NCBI GenBank assembly: GCA_026125385.1
Contig: JAHCLG010000008.1
Span: forward strand, 930 to 64,929
DNA: 64,000 nt
Direction of reading: 5' to 3'
DNA from: Legionellales bacterium
GTDB lineage: Bacteria; Pseudomonadota; Gammaproteobacteria; JAHCLG01
Shown piece by piece: positions 47,952 through 57,593 of the stretch. Under the pieces are notes generated by a model. That model worked only from the letters and a program-made list of their open reading frames with translations. It was not told the DNA's origin and did no database searches. Every line of letters starts with the position of its first letter. The stretch's first letter is position 1. The translations under genes were made by a program, and so were the position numbers.

Positions 47952-49457
47952 TCAATACAATTTTTGCACGGCTAACTGATTTAATATTATTTTTGCTGTG
48001 GCAATATCCGCGGCAACATAGCGATCTTGATCATAAAACGGCACCACTTGACGTAAGGCTTGATGCGCAGTTTGTAATAATTTAGAGGTTTTTAGTGGTT
48101 GATGAAAATCAATGCCTTGCGCGGCCGCTAGAAATTCAATCGCTAAAATTGTTTCGCAGTGTTCTATCATCGTTAATAAACGCAAACCGGCGTTAGTGGC
48201 CATGCTCACATGATCTTCTTGGTTGGCTGAGGTTGGTAAACTATCCACACTGCGCGGATGCGCTAAAGCTTTATTTTCGCTGGCGAGTGCAGTCGCCGTG
48301 TAATGTGCGATCATTAAACCTGAATTTAATCCACTTTCTTTAACTAAAAATGCCGGGAGCTGACTGAATCGATCATCCATTAATAATGCAATACGACGTT
48401 CACTGAGTGAACCTATTTCTGCAATCGCTAAGGCTAAATTGTCCGCGGCAAAGGCAATGGGTTCGGCGTGAAAATTCCCACCAGAAATAATAGTATTGTC
48501 TTCACTAAACACTAAAGGATTATCCGTTACCGCATTTATTTCATTTTCTAATATTGTTGCGATAAAGGTTAATTGATCGCACACGGCTCCCATCACTTGC
48601 GATTGGCAACGTAAAGAATAGGGGTCTTGAACGTGTTGACAATTTTGATGCGATTGCAAAATTTCACTGCCGTTTAAATAATCGCGATATAATTTTGCTA
48701 CTTTTATTTGTCCCGGTTGACGACGTAATTGTGCGATGCGTTCATCAAAGGGTTTAAGACTACCGCGCGCGGCATCAAGTGATAAACTTCCCGTTAATAT
48801 GGCTAATTCTAATAAATGGATTGCCTGGTAATAAGCAAATAATACAATTGCCGTAGACACTTGTGTGCCGTTAATTAAAGCTAATCCTTCTTTAGCTTTA
48901 AATTGATAGGGTTGATGGATTCCTGCAATCGTTAAACCTTCTTGCGCTGATAAAATTTTTCCTGAATAAGAAACTTCACCCACACCTAATAACACACACC
49001 CTAAATGCGCCAATGGTGCTAAATCGCCTGAAGCACCTAATGAACCTTGGCTCGGAATGCGTGGATAAACTTTCGCGTTATAAAGCTTAATTAATGCTTG
49101 CACTAATTCCACACTCACACCAGAAAACCCTTGTGCCAGTGCATTAATTTTCATTAATAAAATGGCACTGACAATTTCATCTTGCAAAAAATTGCCAACG
49201 CCTGCTGCGTGCGATAATAAAATTCGTTTTTGTAATTCTACAATTTCGGCGGGTAAAATAGATTTATTGGCTAGCGCACCAAATCCCGTATTTATGCCAT
49301 AAACGGTTTGATTGTCATTAAGAATGTTAAGAACGATGTGTTGGTTGCGTTTAATCTGTTGCAGCGTATTTTGATCTAAGGTAATTATTTGAGGATTTTT
49401 CATGGCTTGCTGAAAAAATGCCAGATCCAAATTGCCTACCGCCAATGATGTTGCCAT
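47952..49457 (-). CDS. hutH: Histidine ammonia-lyase family (HAL/PAL) enzyme
   Basis: MIO-forming GSLGASGDLAPLAHL, full length. ATG at 49457 with AGGTGA upstream is preferred over GTG at 49469. Confidence 0.9.
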   Translation of the reverse strand: MATSLAVGNLDLAFFQQAMKNPQIITLDQNTLQQIKRNQHIVLNILNDNQTVYGINTGFGALANKSILPAEIVELQKRILLSHAAGVGNFLQDEIVSAILLMKINALAQGFSGVSVELVQALIKLYNAKVYPRIPSQGSLGASGDLAPLAHLGCVLLGVGEVSYSGKILSAQEGLTIAGIHQPYQFKAKEGLALINGTQVSTAIVLFAYYQAIHLLELAILTGSLSLDAARGSLKPFDERIAQLRRQPGQIKVAKLYRDYLNGSEILQSHQNCQHVQDPYSLRCQSQVMGAVCDQLTFIATILENEINAVTDNPLVFSEDNTIISGGNFHAEPIAFAADNLALAIAEIGSLSERRIALLMDDRFSQLPAFLVKESGLNSGLMIAHYTATALASENKALAHPRSVDSLPTSANQEDHVSMATNAGLRLLTMIEHCETILAIEFLAAAQGIDFHQPLKTSKLLQTAHQALRQVVPFYDQDRYVAADIATAKIILNQLAVQKLY

Positions 49458-49659
49458 GAAAATACTCACCTTTTTAAAGTCATCTGTATGCGTTGGGTAT
49501 AGACGTAGACGTAATACGGTTACGCTTGATAATCCGTATCATACCACCTGAAAATAACGACACAATAGCCGATAGGATAACCCGATCAGAGACTCGCTTA
49601 ATCTATAGTATTCGTTATATACTCTATCCACTGTTATTACTATGTTTAAGGAGAAATTG

Positions 49660-49911
49660 ATGAGCGACCAACCATCCGAGAATAATCCGAACGAACCTAA
49701 ACCAAAAGCTCCCGTGAGCAAACTTCCCTCTCTCGAAGAAGTCACGTCCATGGCCGGAAAATTATTTAACGATATTAAACACAGTGTTGTGGAAATCATG
49801 AGTGAATATAAAGAAAAACGTAAAAATTTGTATGAAGAAGAAGCCAAAAAACCAACGACTAACAGCAATCCCAAATCACCAGAAAAACCGTTGGATGATC
49901 AACCAAAATAA
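49660..49911 (+). CDS. Small hydrophilic Pro/Lys/Glu-rich protein, translationally adjacent to the EamA gene
   Basis: AAGGAG lies 6 nt before the ATG at 49660. The stop is 2 nt before the next ATG. Preferred over the antisense ORF 49539-49874. Confidence 0.45.
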   Translation: MSDQPSENNPNEPKPKAPVSKLPSLEEVTSMAGKLFNDIKHSVVEIMSEYKEKRKNLYEEEAKKPTTNSNPKSPEKPLDDQPK

Positions 49912-49913
49912 TT

Positions 49914-50777
49914 ATGATGTCGCGTCGTTTCATTGCCTATTGCTCATTAATTTTTATTACGATGATATGGGGACTCACCTTCCCCATCATCAATTTGGCA
50001 ACCCCGCACATTAGTGCTTCATTGTTTGTGTGTTTACGTTTTTTATTAGCCACACTTTTTGCCTTACCATTATTCTTAAATAAAAAACCGCCTCTCTCAC
50101 CAACGTTGTTATTCCAAGCCCTCATTCTCGGTATGCTTACCATGCTCGCCTATTATTCGCAAACGCTGGGTTTGCGCACCATTGATCCGGCGGTGAGTGC
50201 TTTTATTACCAGCATTAATGTGATTTTAGTGCCGCTCATCGCCCCATTATTTGGCTATCGCAAACCCTCTCTTGGCACTTTTTATTGTGGAGTATTGTGT
50301 TTAGTTGGCGTTTATTTTTTAACAGGGGCTTCCATCAACCATTTTTCCTTCGGCATGGTGTGGACAGTATTGTGTGCCGTGTTTTATTCCGTGTATTTAT
50401 TATCTTTACAACGCATCAGCGCTTCCACCACTCAACCTGAGGTATTGGCTTTTTTACAATTATTATTCACCGGCATCATGGCAGGGTTTTTATTACCATT
50501 TCATCCCCTTTTTATCACGTTAAATCACGCCGTCATTATTGCTTTATTGTTTTGTAGTTTTTTTGCCTCGACAGTGGTATTTGTTTTACAAACCCGCTAC
50601 CAACGTTATATCCCACCGCAACAAGTTGCTTTGATGTTTGCATTAGAGCCAATATTTGCCAGTATTGCGAGTTATTGGTTAGCTCATGAATATTTTAATT
50701 GGCATTTTTACGTAGGATCGATTTTAATTTTTTTCAGTATTATCGCGACAGAAATAAAGCCTACTAAAACTGCTTGA
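49914..50777 (+). CDS. DMT-superfamily (EamA-like) transporter
   Basis: 287 aa, 10 TM, two-repeat hydrophobic pattern typical of EamA. Confidence 0.85.
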   Translation: MMSRRFIAYCSLIFITMIWGLTFPIINLATPHISASLFVCLRFLLATLFALPLFLNKKPPLSPTLLFQALILGMLTMLAYYSQTLGLRTIDPAVSAFITSINVILVPLIAPLFGYRKPSLGTFYCGVLCLVGVYFLTGASINHFSFGMVWTVLCAVFYSVYLLSLQRISASTTQPEVLAFLQLLFTGIMAGFLLPFHPLFITLNHAVIIALLFCSFFASTVVFVLQTRYQRYIPPQQVALMFALEPIFASIASYWLAHEYFNWHFYVGSILIFFSIIATEIKPTKTA

Positions 50778-50781
50778 TCTC

Positions 50782-51795
50782 TCAGCCATCAAAACATTTC
50801 ATCTGTTCTAGCATCAATTTTAGATGCGATAAAAACCGCCAATTATTGCCCCCATGACGGCCAGAATATTCATTTAGGGAATATCTAATATTGTGTGCCG
50901 CTAATTTTGCAGCCAGTTGACGATGACCTAATTGCAAACCATATTCATCTTCGCTAGGTGCTGTTAAATGCAGCCAAGCTAATTTTTTTAAATTATCAAC
51001 CTGATGATCCACTAAACGAACAGGGTCCCACTGCAAATATCGTTGCCAAATTTCATCAATAATTTTTCCGGTATGAAGATCAAAAAACAAATCGCCATAA
51101 AGTGGCGGATTCTGTAAATTAGGCGCATAACAGGGGGCCATACCTAAAACTAAAAGCGTATGAAATGCTTTGGCGCCGGCTAAACTCGAATGAGGTAAGG
51201 CAAAAAACCAATTTAAAAAATTTTCAACACCATTGTGTTTTTCCAGCATTTGGATAGTATCATTCACTCCTTGCAACAATGAAAATTCATAAAATGAATC
51301 CCCCGCAGAACTGCAAATATAGCGAAACCGATCGGGTCGCAGCATGCCCATCATCAATGCGCCAAATCCACCGGAAGAATGTCCTAACACTCCACGATAA
51401 TCTTCACTCGCGTAAGTATGAAATTCCTGATCGATCAAATTCACTAATTCGTCAGCAATATAATCCATGTAATTTCCCAAGGCGGGGGAATTAATGTATT
51501 GGCTACAGCCGAGCTTTGATCCGCCATCGGGAAAAATCACGATCACTGCGGGCAGAGTTCCTGCTGTTATTTCGCGATCAAGTTGCTGCGGTAGTGATAA
51601 ATCGAATACGGAATCTGACCCGATGTATTTCTCTCCACGCGAACCAAATGCCGCTAAAATAAAAATCACGGGATAGGGAGTTTTGCGATTCGCTTGGTAT
51701 TGCGGCGGCAAATACACTGGAAATTCCCGCACATGCGCATCGCCCATAGGAAAGTTTTGAATTGCTGTGGAAGTAAAATTAAGCCATTTTAGCAT
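50782..51795 (-). CDS. Alpha/beta-hydrolase esterase (putative esterase / esterase D-like family)
   Basis: Nucleophile elbow GHSSGG in VLGHSSGGFGALMMG. FPVYLPPQY is a typical N-terminal motif of this family. Confidence 0.8.
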   Translation of the reverse strand: MLKWLNFTSTAIQNFPMGDAHVREFPVYLPPQYQANRKTPYPVIFILAAFGSRGEKYIGSDSVFDLSLPQQLDREITAGTLPAVIVIFPDGGSKLGCSQYINSPALGNYMDYIADELVNLIDQEFHTYASEDYRGVLGHSSGGFGALMMGMLRPDRFRYICSSAGDSFYEFSLLQGVNDTIQMLEKHNGVENFLNWFFALPHSSLAGAKAFHTLLVLGMAPCYAPNLQNPPLYGDLFFDLHTGKIIDEIWQRYLQWDPVRLVDHQVDNLKKLAWLHLTAPSEDEYGLQLGHRQLAAKLAAHNIRYSLNEYSGRHGGNNWRFLSHLKLMLEQMKCFDG

Positions 51796-51854
51796 AATAT
51801 CAATAACCTGTTTTAATCATTTATCCTAGAAACCATTTAACCAATACTCTTACA

Positions 51855-53387
51855 TTAAAGCAAATGATCGGCAAAGAATTTTTCACTGTCGGTTTGAATT
51901 GCCAATTTTTTACTAGGCGTCATTTTATCGTAAGTTTTATAAACCATTCCCATGCGGGGATTTTTTGCAAATTTATCGCGATGAGTGTCAATAAAATTCC
52001 AATACAAATAATTGAATGGACAGGCTGATTCACCATTTTTTTCATTCACATTATATTGGCAATTATGGCAATAGTTCGACATTTTATTAATATAATTAGC
52101 ACTAGCAATGTAGGGTTTACTGGCTAATACGCCGCCATCGGCAAATAAAATCATTCCATAAACATTCGGCAATTCTACCCATTCATAGGCATCTGCGTAA
52201 ACGAGCAAATACCATTCACTCACTGCCATGGGATTAAGTCCGGTTAAAATAGCAAAGTTACCAATCACCATTAATCGTTGAATATGATGAGCGTAGGCAT
52301 TTTTTTTCGTTTCTGTAAGGCATTGTTTTAAACAATTAAGTGAAGTTTGCATATTCCAAAAAAATTGAGGTAATTTTCTCTTAGCATTTAAAAAATTTTC
52401 GTTAGAATATTGTGGCATTTTCAGCCAGTAAATACCTCGAACAAATTCGCGCCAGCCAATAATTTGGCGAATAAACCCTTCCACAGAATTTAAAGGTGCT
52501 AAATTATTTTTATAGGCATTTTCAGCCGCTCTTACACACTCTAAAGGTTCTAGTAAACCACAATTTAAATAAAAACTTAAATGGGAGTGAAACATCCACG
52601 GCTCATTTTCGATCATAGCATCTTGGTACGATCCAAAATGCGCTAAACTGTAGTGAATAAAATGATGTAACGCCGCTAAAGCATCTACGCGTGTCACGGC
52701 AAAATAAAATGGTTCCAGATCGCCAAAATGATCCGCAAAACGTTTTTGCACTAATTCCACAACTTGCTGGGTCACCTCATCTATTGGCGCTCGAAAAGGT
52801 GATGGTGGTTTTAGATTGGTTGAAGGCGAGAGTCGATTACTTTCATCAAAATTCCATTGTCCTCCGATGGGTTGATTGTTCTCCATCAAAATATCGTATT
52901 CTGCCCGAACCTTGCGATAAAAATGTTCCAAACGGAAATAATCGCGACCTTTTGCCCATTGGGCAAATTGGTGATGAGAAACTAGAAATCGTTTATCCTC
53001 GCGAATTTCCAGCGATATTGAAAATTTTTTGGCTAAAGTGTGAAATAGTGCTAATACTCGATATTCACCAGGATGAGTCACCACCACTTTTCTGGGATGA
53101 AATAATTGAACTGCTTTGGCAATTTCACCTGCAAACGATCCGGAATTATCAGGATCATCAAGTTTAATATATCGCGTGCGAATACCTTGTGCTTGTAGAA
53201 CTAACTCAAAATGACGCATCGCTGAAAATAAAAAAGCAATTTTTTTCTTGTGGTGTTTTACATATTGAGTTTCTTCATCCACCTCACACATTAAGATTAT
53301 ATCATTCGCTTTATTGAGATCGTCCAGAGAAGACATCGTTAAACTCAGTTGATCACCTAAGATAATTCTTAATGTATCAATATTCAC
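51855..53387 (-). CDS. Cryptochrome/photolyase-family protein, FeS-BCP (CryPro/PhrB-like) type
   Basis: 510 aa. Four Cys in the pattern C...C-x2-C-x12-C (NCLKQC..., YCHNCQYNVNEKNGESAC) match the [4Fe-4S] ligands of PhrB/CryB-type enzymes. Confidence 0.82.
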   Translation of the reverse strand: MNIDTLRIILGDQLSLTMSSLDDLNKANDIILMCEVDEETQYVKHHKKKIAFLFSAMRHFELVLQAQGIRTRYIKLDDPDNSGSFAGEIAKAVQLFHPRKVVVTHPGEYRVLALFHTLAKKFSISLEIREDKRFLVSHHQFAQWAKGRDYFRLEHFYRKVRAEYDILMENNQPIGGQWNFDESNRLSPSTNLKPPSPFRAPIDEVTQQVVELVQKRFADHFGDLEPFYFAVTRVDALAALHHFIHYSLAHFGSYQDAMIENEPWMFHSHLSFYLNCGLLEPLECVRAAENAYKNNLAPLNSVEGFIRQIIGWREFVRGIYWLKMPQYSNENFLNAKRKLPQFFWNMQTSLNCLKQCLTETKKNAYAHHIQRLMVIGNFAILTGLNPMAVSEWYLLVYADAYEWVELPNVYGMILFADGGVLASKPYIASANYINKMSNYCHNCQYNVNEKNGESACPFNYLYWNFIDTHRDKFAKNPRMGMVYKTYDKMTPSKKLAIQTDSEKFFADHLL

Positions 53388-53495
53388 TGTTAACCATCCG
53401 CAATTACTTTAGGACAGATTCTATTGAGTGCTATAGTAAATCGCAACCAATTGTGGTAAAAATAACAGCTTTCTCACCAACTTTGAATAATCATT

Positions 53496-54911
53496 ATGAA
53501 TCATCAACAATTAGTCAGTGATATTAATCACACGTGGGATACCGAAATTATTCCACAATTAATCGAATTCATTCGTATTCCCAATAAATCACCACACTTC
53601 GATGCCGATTGGGAAGCGCATGGTTTTATGGATCAAGCCGTTAACTTGGTGGCAGAATGGTGTAAAGTCCAACCCATCGCTGGATTGAGTTTAGAAGTCA
53701 TCCGTTTACCATCGCGCACGCCATTAATTTATATGGAAATTCCAGGCCAACTCGATGAAACCGTTTTATTATACGGCCATTTAGACAAACAACCCGAAAT
53801 GTCGGGGTGGGATGACGATTTAGGTCCCTGGCATCCCGTGTTACGCGATAATAAGTTATATGGTCGCGGCGGCGCGGATGATGGCTATGCCGCATTTGCG
53901 TCGTTAACCGCAATTGCCAGCTTACAAAAGCAAGGAATTCCTCACGCCCGTTGCGTGATTTTAATTGAAGCGTGTGAAGAATCGGGTAGTTATGATTTGC
54001 CTCATTATTTAACGTCCTTGGCTTCCAAAATCGGGCAACCCAATTTAGTGATTTGCTTAGACTCGGGCTGCGCCAACTACAATCAATTGTGGAGTACCAC
54101 GTCTTTGCGCGGCGTCATCGCCGGAGAATTGCGAATTGAAGTCAACTCAGCGGGCGTGCACTCGGGCGCTTATAGCGGAATTCTTCCCGATCCATCACGA
54201 ATTTTTCGGCAATTACTCGATCGCATCGAAGACAGCAGCACTGGGGAAATTTTAATTCCAGAATGTCATGCTAAAATTCCTGAACAACGCTTGCAACAAG
54301 CCCAATTAGCGGCTGATATTTTAAGCCCAAAACGCATTGAGGATTATCCTTTATTAGATGGTGTTGAGCCGGTCACGCGTGATGTTAAAGAATTAATTTT
54401 AAATTCTACCTGGCGCCCTACCTTATGCGTGATTGGCGCCGATGGTTTACCCAGTATTAATAATGCGGGAAATGTCTTGCGTCCTAAACTCGCCGTGAAA
54501 TTATCGTTTCGTATCCCGCCTACCGTTAATCCTGACATCGCCAGTGAAGCGATTAAAAAAACCCTAGAAACCGATCCACCGTATTGCGCTAAAGTTCATT
54601 ACATACCCGATCAAACCAGTTGCGGTTGGCACGCACCGCTTTTAGCGCCTTGGTTAGAAAAAGCCAGCGCAGATGCTTCAAATTTATTTTTTGGCAAGCC
54701 TGCGGCTTATCTTGGAGAAGGTGGCTCGATTCCTTTTATGGGCATGCTCGGCGACATGTTTCCACAAGCACAATTTTTAATTACCGGTGTGCTCGGCCCC
54801 AAATCCAACGCTCACGGCCCCAATGAATTTTTACACATTCCTATGGGAAAAAATCTAACCGCTTGTGTTGCTTATGTGATTGCTAAACATTTTGCTGAAT
54901 TTAGCAAGTAA
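53496..54911 (+). CDS. M20-family metallopeptidase (dipeptidase-like)
   Basis: LYGHLDKQP, YGRGGADDGY and IEACEESGS are metal-ligand motifs; 471 aa. Confidence 0.85.
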   Translation: MNHQQLVSDINHTWDTEIIPQLIEFIRIPNKSPHFDADWEAHGFMDQAVNLVAEWCKVQPIAGLSLEVIRLPSRTPLIYMEIPGQLDETVLLYGHLDKQPEMSGWDDDLGPWHPVLRDNKLYGRGGADDGYAAFASLTAIASLQKQGIPHARCVILIEACEESGSYDLPHYLTSLASKIGQPNLVICLDSGCANYNQLWSTTSLRGVIAGELRIEVNSAGVHSGAYSGILPDPSRIFRQLLDRIEDSSTGEILIPECHAKIPEQRLQQAQLAADILSPKRIEDYPLLDGVEPVTRDVKELILNSTWRPTLCVIGADGLPSINNAGNVLRPKLAVKLSFRIPPTVNPDIASEAIKKTLETDPPYCAKVHYIPDQTSCGWHAPLLAPWLEKASADASNLFFGKPAAYLGEGGSIPFMGMLGDMFPQAQFLITGVLGPKSNAHGPNEFLHIPMGKNLTACVAYVIAKHFAEFSK

Positions 54912-54981
54912 GTGGAGTAAATCTTAAGAGTCTGTTTAAAATGATTAGGCAAAATCCTGATCTGATTGTTCAGAATCTCTA

Positions 54982-55124
54982 AGAGCCTGTTCAAAATCTC
55001 CAAGCTTAAGTCAGATAGTGTCGATTTTTGTGCACCAGTGCGCAGTTTACACGTCAGTAAATGAGCACCGAAGCACAGAAAATCGGCAGTTTATGACCAA
55101 GATTGGAGATTTTGAACAGGATCT
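54982..55124. mobile_element. MITE-B copy 2 (143 bp)
   Basis: agagcctgttcaaaatctccaa ... ttggagattttgaacaggatct. Preceded by two partial left-TIR-like fragments at 54927-54946 and 54965-54979. Confidence 0.7.
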
Positions 55125-55255
55125 AATACCAATTACCTGAAGGGATAACACCACCATCATGCTTCAGAACAATGCTTTTCAATATGTCCATTTGTGGCGA
55201 TATAAAGTATTTATGTTATAATTAAATTATCCATTAGAACTAATTAAGAATCGGC

Positions 55256-55684
55256 ATGACTATCAGGTACAAAAATACATTTAGAATCAAATTACTAGAA
55301 ATTATTCGGACAATAGACTCCCCCGTGATACTACGCTCTGACTTAAACAATTGCGGTGAACCCCGCCAAGTGAGTAGGGCATTAAAATCACTAGTTGAAG
55401 ACGGTGATTTAATCAAATTTGGTTACGGAGTCTATATTAAAGCTGAAAAAACACCTTACAGTGATCAAACTGTTATGTCTGTTTCGATGGCAGAAGCATG
55501 TGCAGAAGCTTTGAAACGACTGAATATACGCTGGCAGCTAGGCCAGTCTATTGAAGATTATAATAAAGGAAAAACCCAGCAAGTCCCAACAAAATTTATC
55601 ATACGATTAAAAGATCGTTTTCGTGGACAGTTAGGAACAAGTAATCGGAAAATAGTGTTTGAGAGAGGAATTAATGCCAGATAA
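55256..55684 (+). CDS. AbiEi/DUF6088-like antitoxin-type regulator
   Basis: VILRSDLNNCGEPRQVSRALKSLVEDGDLIKFGYGVYIKAE is the winged-helix motif typical of AbiEi-type proteins. Confidence 0.55.
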   Translation: MTIRYKNTFRIKLLEIIRTIDSPVILRSDLNNCGEPRQVSRALKSLVEDGDLIKFGYGVYIKAEKTPYSDQTVMSVSMAEACAEALKRLNIRWQLGQSIEDYNKGKTQQVPTKFIIRLKDRFRGQLGTSNRKIVFERGINAR

Positions 55685-55850
55685 TAAAAAAGAATTAGCT
55701 CAACAAATTAGGTTTGTCGCTAACGATCTGGGTTTGGAAGACTTTGTTGTTGAAAAAGATTTATATGTTACCCAAGCAATTTCCATTGTCAGTGATGTTT
55801 CAAATGAGATTTTGAGTAATCTCAAGAAAATCGATTTTTCCTGTGCTTAA
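55674..55850 (+). pseudogene. AbiEii/AbiGii-type nucleotidyltransferase toxin, N-terminal fragment (58 codons)
   Basis: The start overlaps the upstream stop (ATGCCAGATAA). LAQQIRFVANDLGLEDFVVEKDLYVTQAI resembles AbiEii N-termini. It stops before the NTase core. Confidence 0.45.
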
Positions 55851-55970
55851 ACCGCAATATTTTAGCAATCTCGTCAAAATACAGAAATTTATTTTTAATA
55901 AACCTATCAAATAAGTTTTATTCCTTATTTTCAAAGGAAAAGAATAACAAAGCAAGCTTAATTAAATATG

Positions 55971-56008
55971 TCAAGACTGGATTTCATTTCACCAAAATCC
56001 AGTCTTGA
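55971..56008. terminator. 14-bp perfect-stem hairpin 3' of the coiled-coil gene
   Basis: tcaagactggattt catttcacca aaatccagtcttga. The T-tract is weak. Confidence 0.5.
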
Positions 56009-56014
56009 TGAACC

Positions 56015-56338
56015 TTATTTCTTCTTACTGGCAGCCGCTTTTTTAGCAGTAGACTTACTTTTTTGTAATTTTTTAGTATAGTCTTTTTCGAATTGTTCTT
56101 CACAGTGATGTAAATATTGATCTCGCGCGTGAGTGAATTTTTCTAATTCATCCAAGGCATCGTTGAATCCAGTTTCATAGGCCGTTTCCGCGGTAATGAA
56201 TAATTGATAATTGGATTTTTCTTTTAGCTCAGCTAATTGTTTTTTAGCATTTGCCGTAACTTCCCGCAACTGTTGGCGTAGTTTAGTATTTTCCTCACGT
56301 AATTTTGCAACGGCTTCCGTAGATTTGACTTTTGCCAT
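56015..56338 (-). CDS. 107-aa coiled-coil protein with a Lys/Ala-rich H1-like tail
   Basis: Heptad-like AKLREENTKLRQQLREVTANAKKQLAELKEK. C-terminus KKLQKSKSTAKKAAASKKK. Confidence 0.6.
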   Translation of the reverse strand: MAKVKSTEAVAKLREENTKLRQQLREVTANAKKQLAELKEKSNYQLFITAETAYETGFNDALDELEKFTHARDQYLHHCEEQFEKDYTKKLQKSKSTAKKAAASKKK

Positions 56339-56400
56339 GAGATGATCCTCTTGATTAAATTAAATAAAATTTAGAAAAACTGGCGTAGTATAGCATCAAA

Positions 56401-57441
56401 TCATCCCTGATGAACGGCTTCAATTAACGCAGCGACATGCTCTGGATCGACATCGGGAAAAACACCATGCCCTAAATTAAAAACATGTCCAGTAGGGCGC
56501 TGATAACGTTGAATAATGTCGCGTGCTGCCTGCTGAATAATGCTGGGCTTAGCGTATAACATCGCCGGATCTAAATTGCCTTGTAATGCGACGTGTTCAC
56601 CGACACGATCACGAGCCTCAGCAATATCGATTGTCCAATCTAAACCTACAGCATCCACACCGGTGGCGGCAATGGACTCTAAATGCAATCCACAATTTTT
56701 GCTAAAAATAATTTTAGGAATGCGTTTGCCATTTAATGCCGTAGGCAGGCGCGTTAAAATATCTTGCATATAGTGTAGCGAAAATCCACCGTAATCCTTA
56801 GCACTTAATACTCCGCCCCAGGTATCGAAAATCATCATCACATCAACCCCGGCGTTTAATTGCGCCTGACAATATAAAATCGTCGCTTGGGTTATTTTAC
56901 GAAGTAATTTCTTTAGTAATTCGGGTTCGTTATAGAGAAGCCGTTTTATCGTACTAAAATTTTTACTGCTACCCCCTTCCACCATATACGTGGCTACCGT
57001 CCACGGACTGCCGGCAAAACCAATCAGCGGGATTTGCTGATTTAATTCCTGTTTAATTAATTTCACAGCTTGCATGACATAACCCAAATCCAGATCAGGA
57101 TCGGGGATTGGCAATTCATCAATAGCTTTTGCATCCCGTACAGGTTTTGCAAATACGGGCCCTTCGTGGGTTTTAAATTGTAAGCCCAATTGCATCGCAT
57201 GAGGGATCATTAAAATATCGGAAAATAAAATCGCTGCATCCAGGGGAAAACGACGGATGGGTTGTAACGTGATTTCTGTAGCAATTTCAGGATGGGTCGC
57301 CATAGCTAAAAAACTTCCGGCACGTTCGCGCAAGGCACGATATTCTGGTAGATAACGTCCTGCTTGACGCATTAACCAAATGGGAGTGTAATCTACCGGT
57401 TTGCGCAATAAGGCACGGATTAGATTATCATTTTTTAACAT
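56401..57441 (-). CDS. hemE: Uroporphyrinogen decarboxylase
   Basis: PIWLMRQAGRYLPEYR signature; 346 aa. Confidence 0.96.
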   Translation of the reverse strand: MLKNDNLIRALLRKPVDYTPIWLMRQAGRYLPEYRALRERAGSFLAMATHPEIATEITLQPIRRFPLDAAILFSDILMIPHAMQLGLQFKTHEGPVFAKPVRDAKAIDELPIPDPDLDLGYVMQAVKLIKQELNQQIPLIGFAGSPWTVATYMVEGGSSKNFSTIKRLLYNEPELLKKLLRKITQATILYCQAQLNAGVDVMMIFDTWGGVLSAKDYGGFSLHYMQDILTRLPTALNGKRIPKIIFSKNCGLHLESIAATGVDAVGLDWTIDIAEARDRVGEHVALQGNLDPAMLYAKPSIIQQAARDIIQRYQRPTGHVFNLGHGVFPDVDPEHVAALIEAVHQG

Positions 57442-57593
57442 CGACGATTCCTACGATTGCTGAAAATTTAACAATATACCGATTTCATCTGCAAAAAGCG
57501 ATATTAGATATGGAGTGGATACCTTAATAAAATCGCTTGATCACCATTTTACTATCGTTATAATCTCTTTTTTTTAGCCAGCAGCTATCTTCC

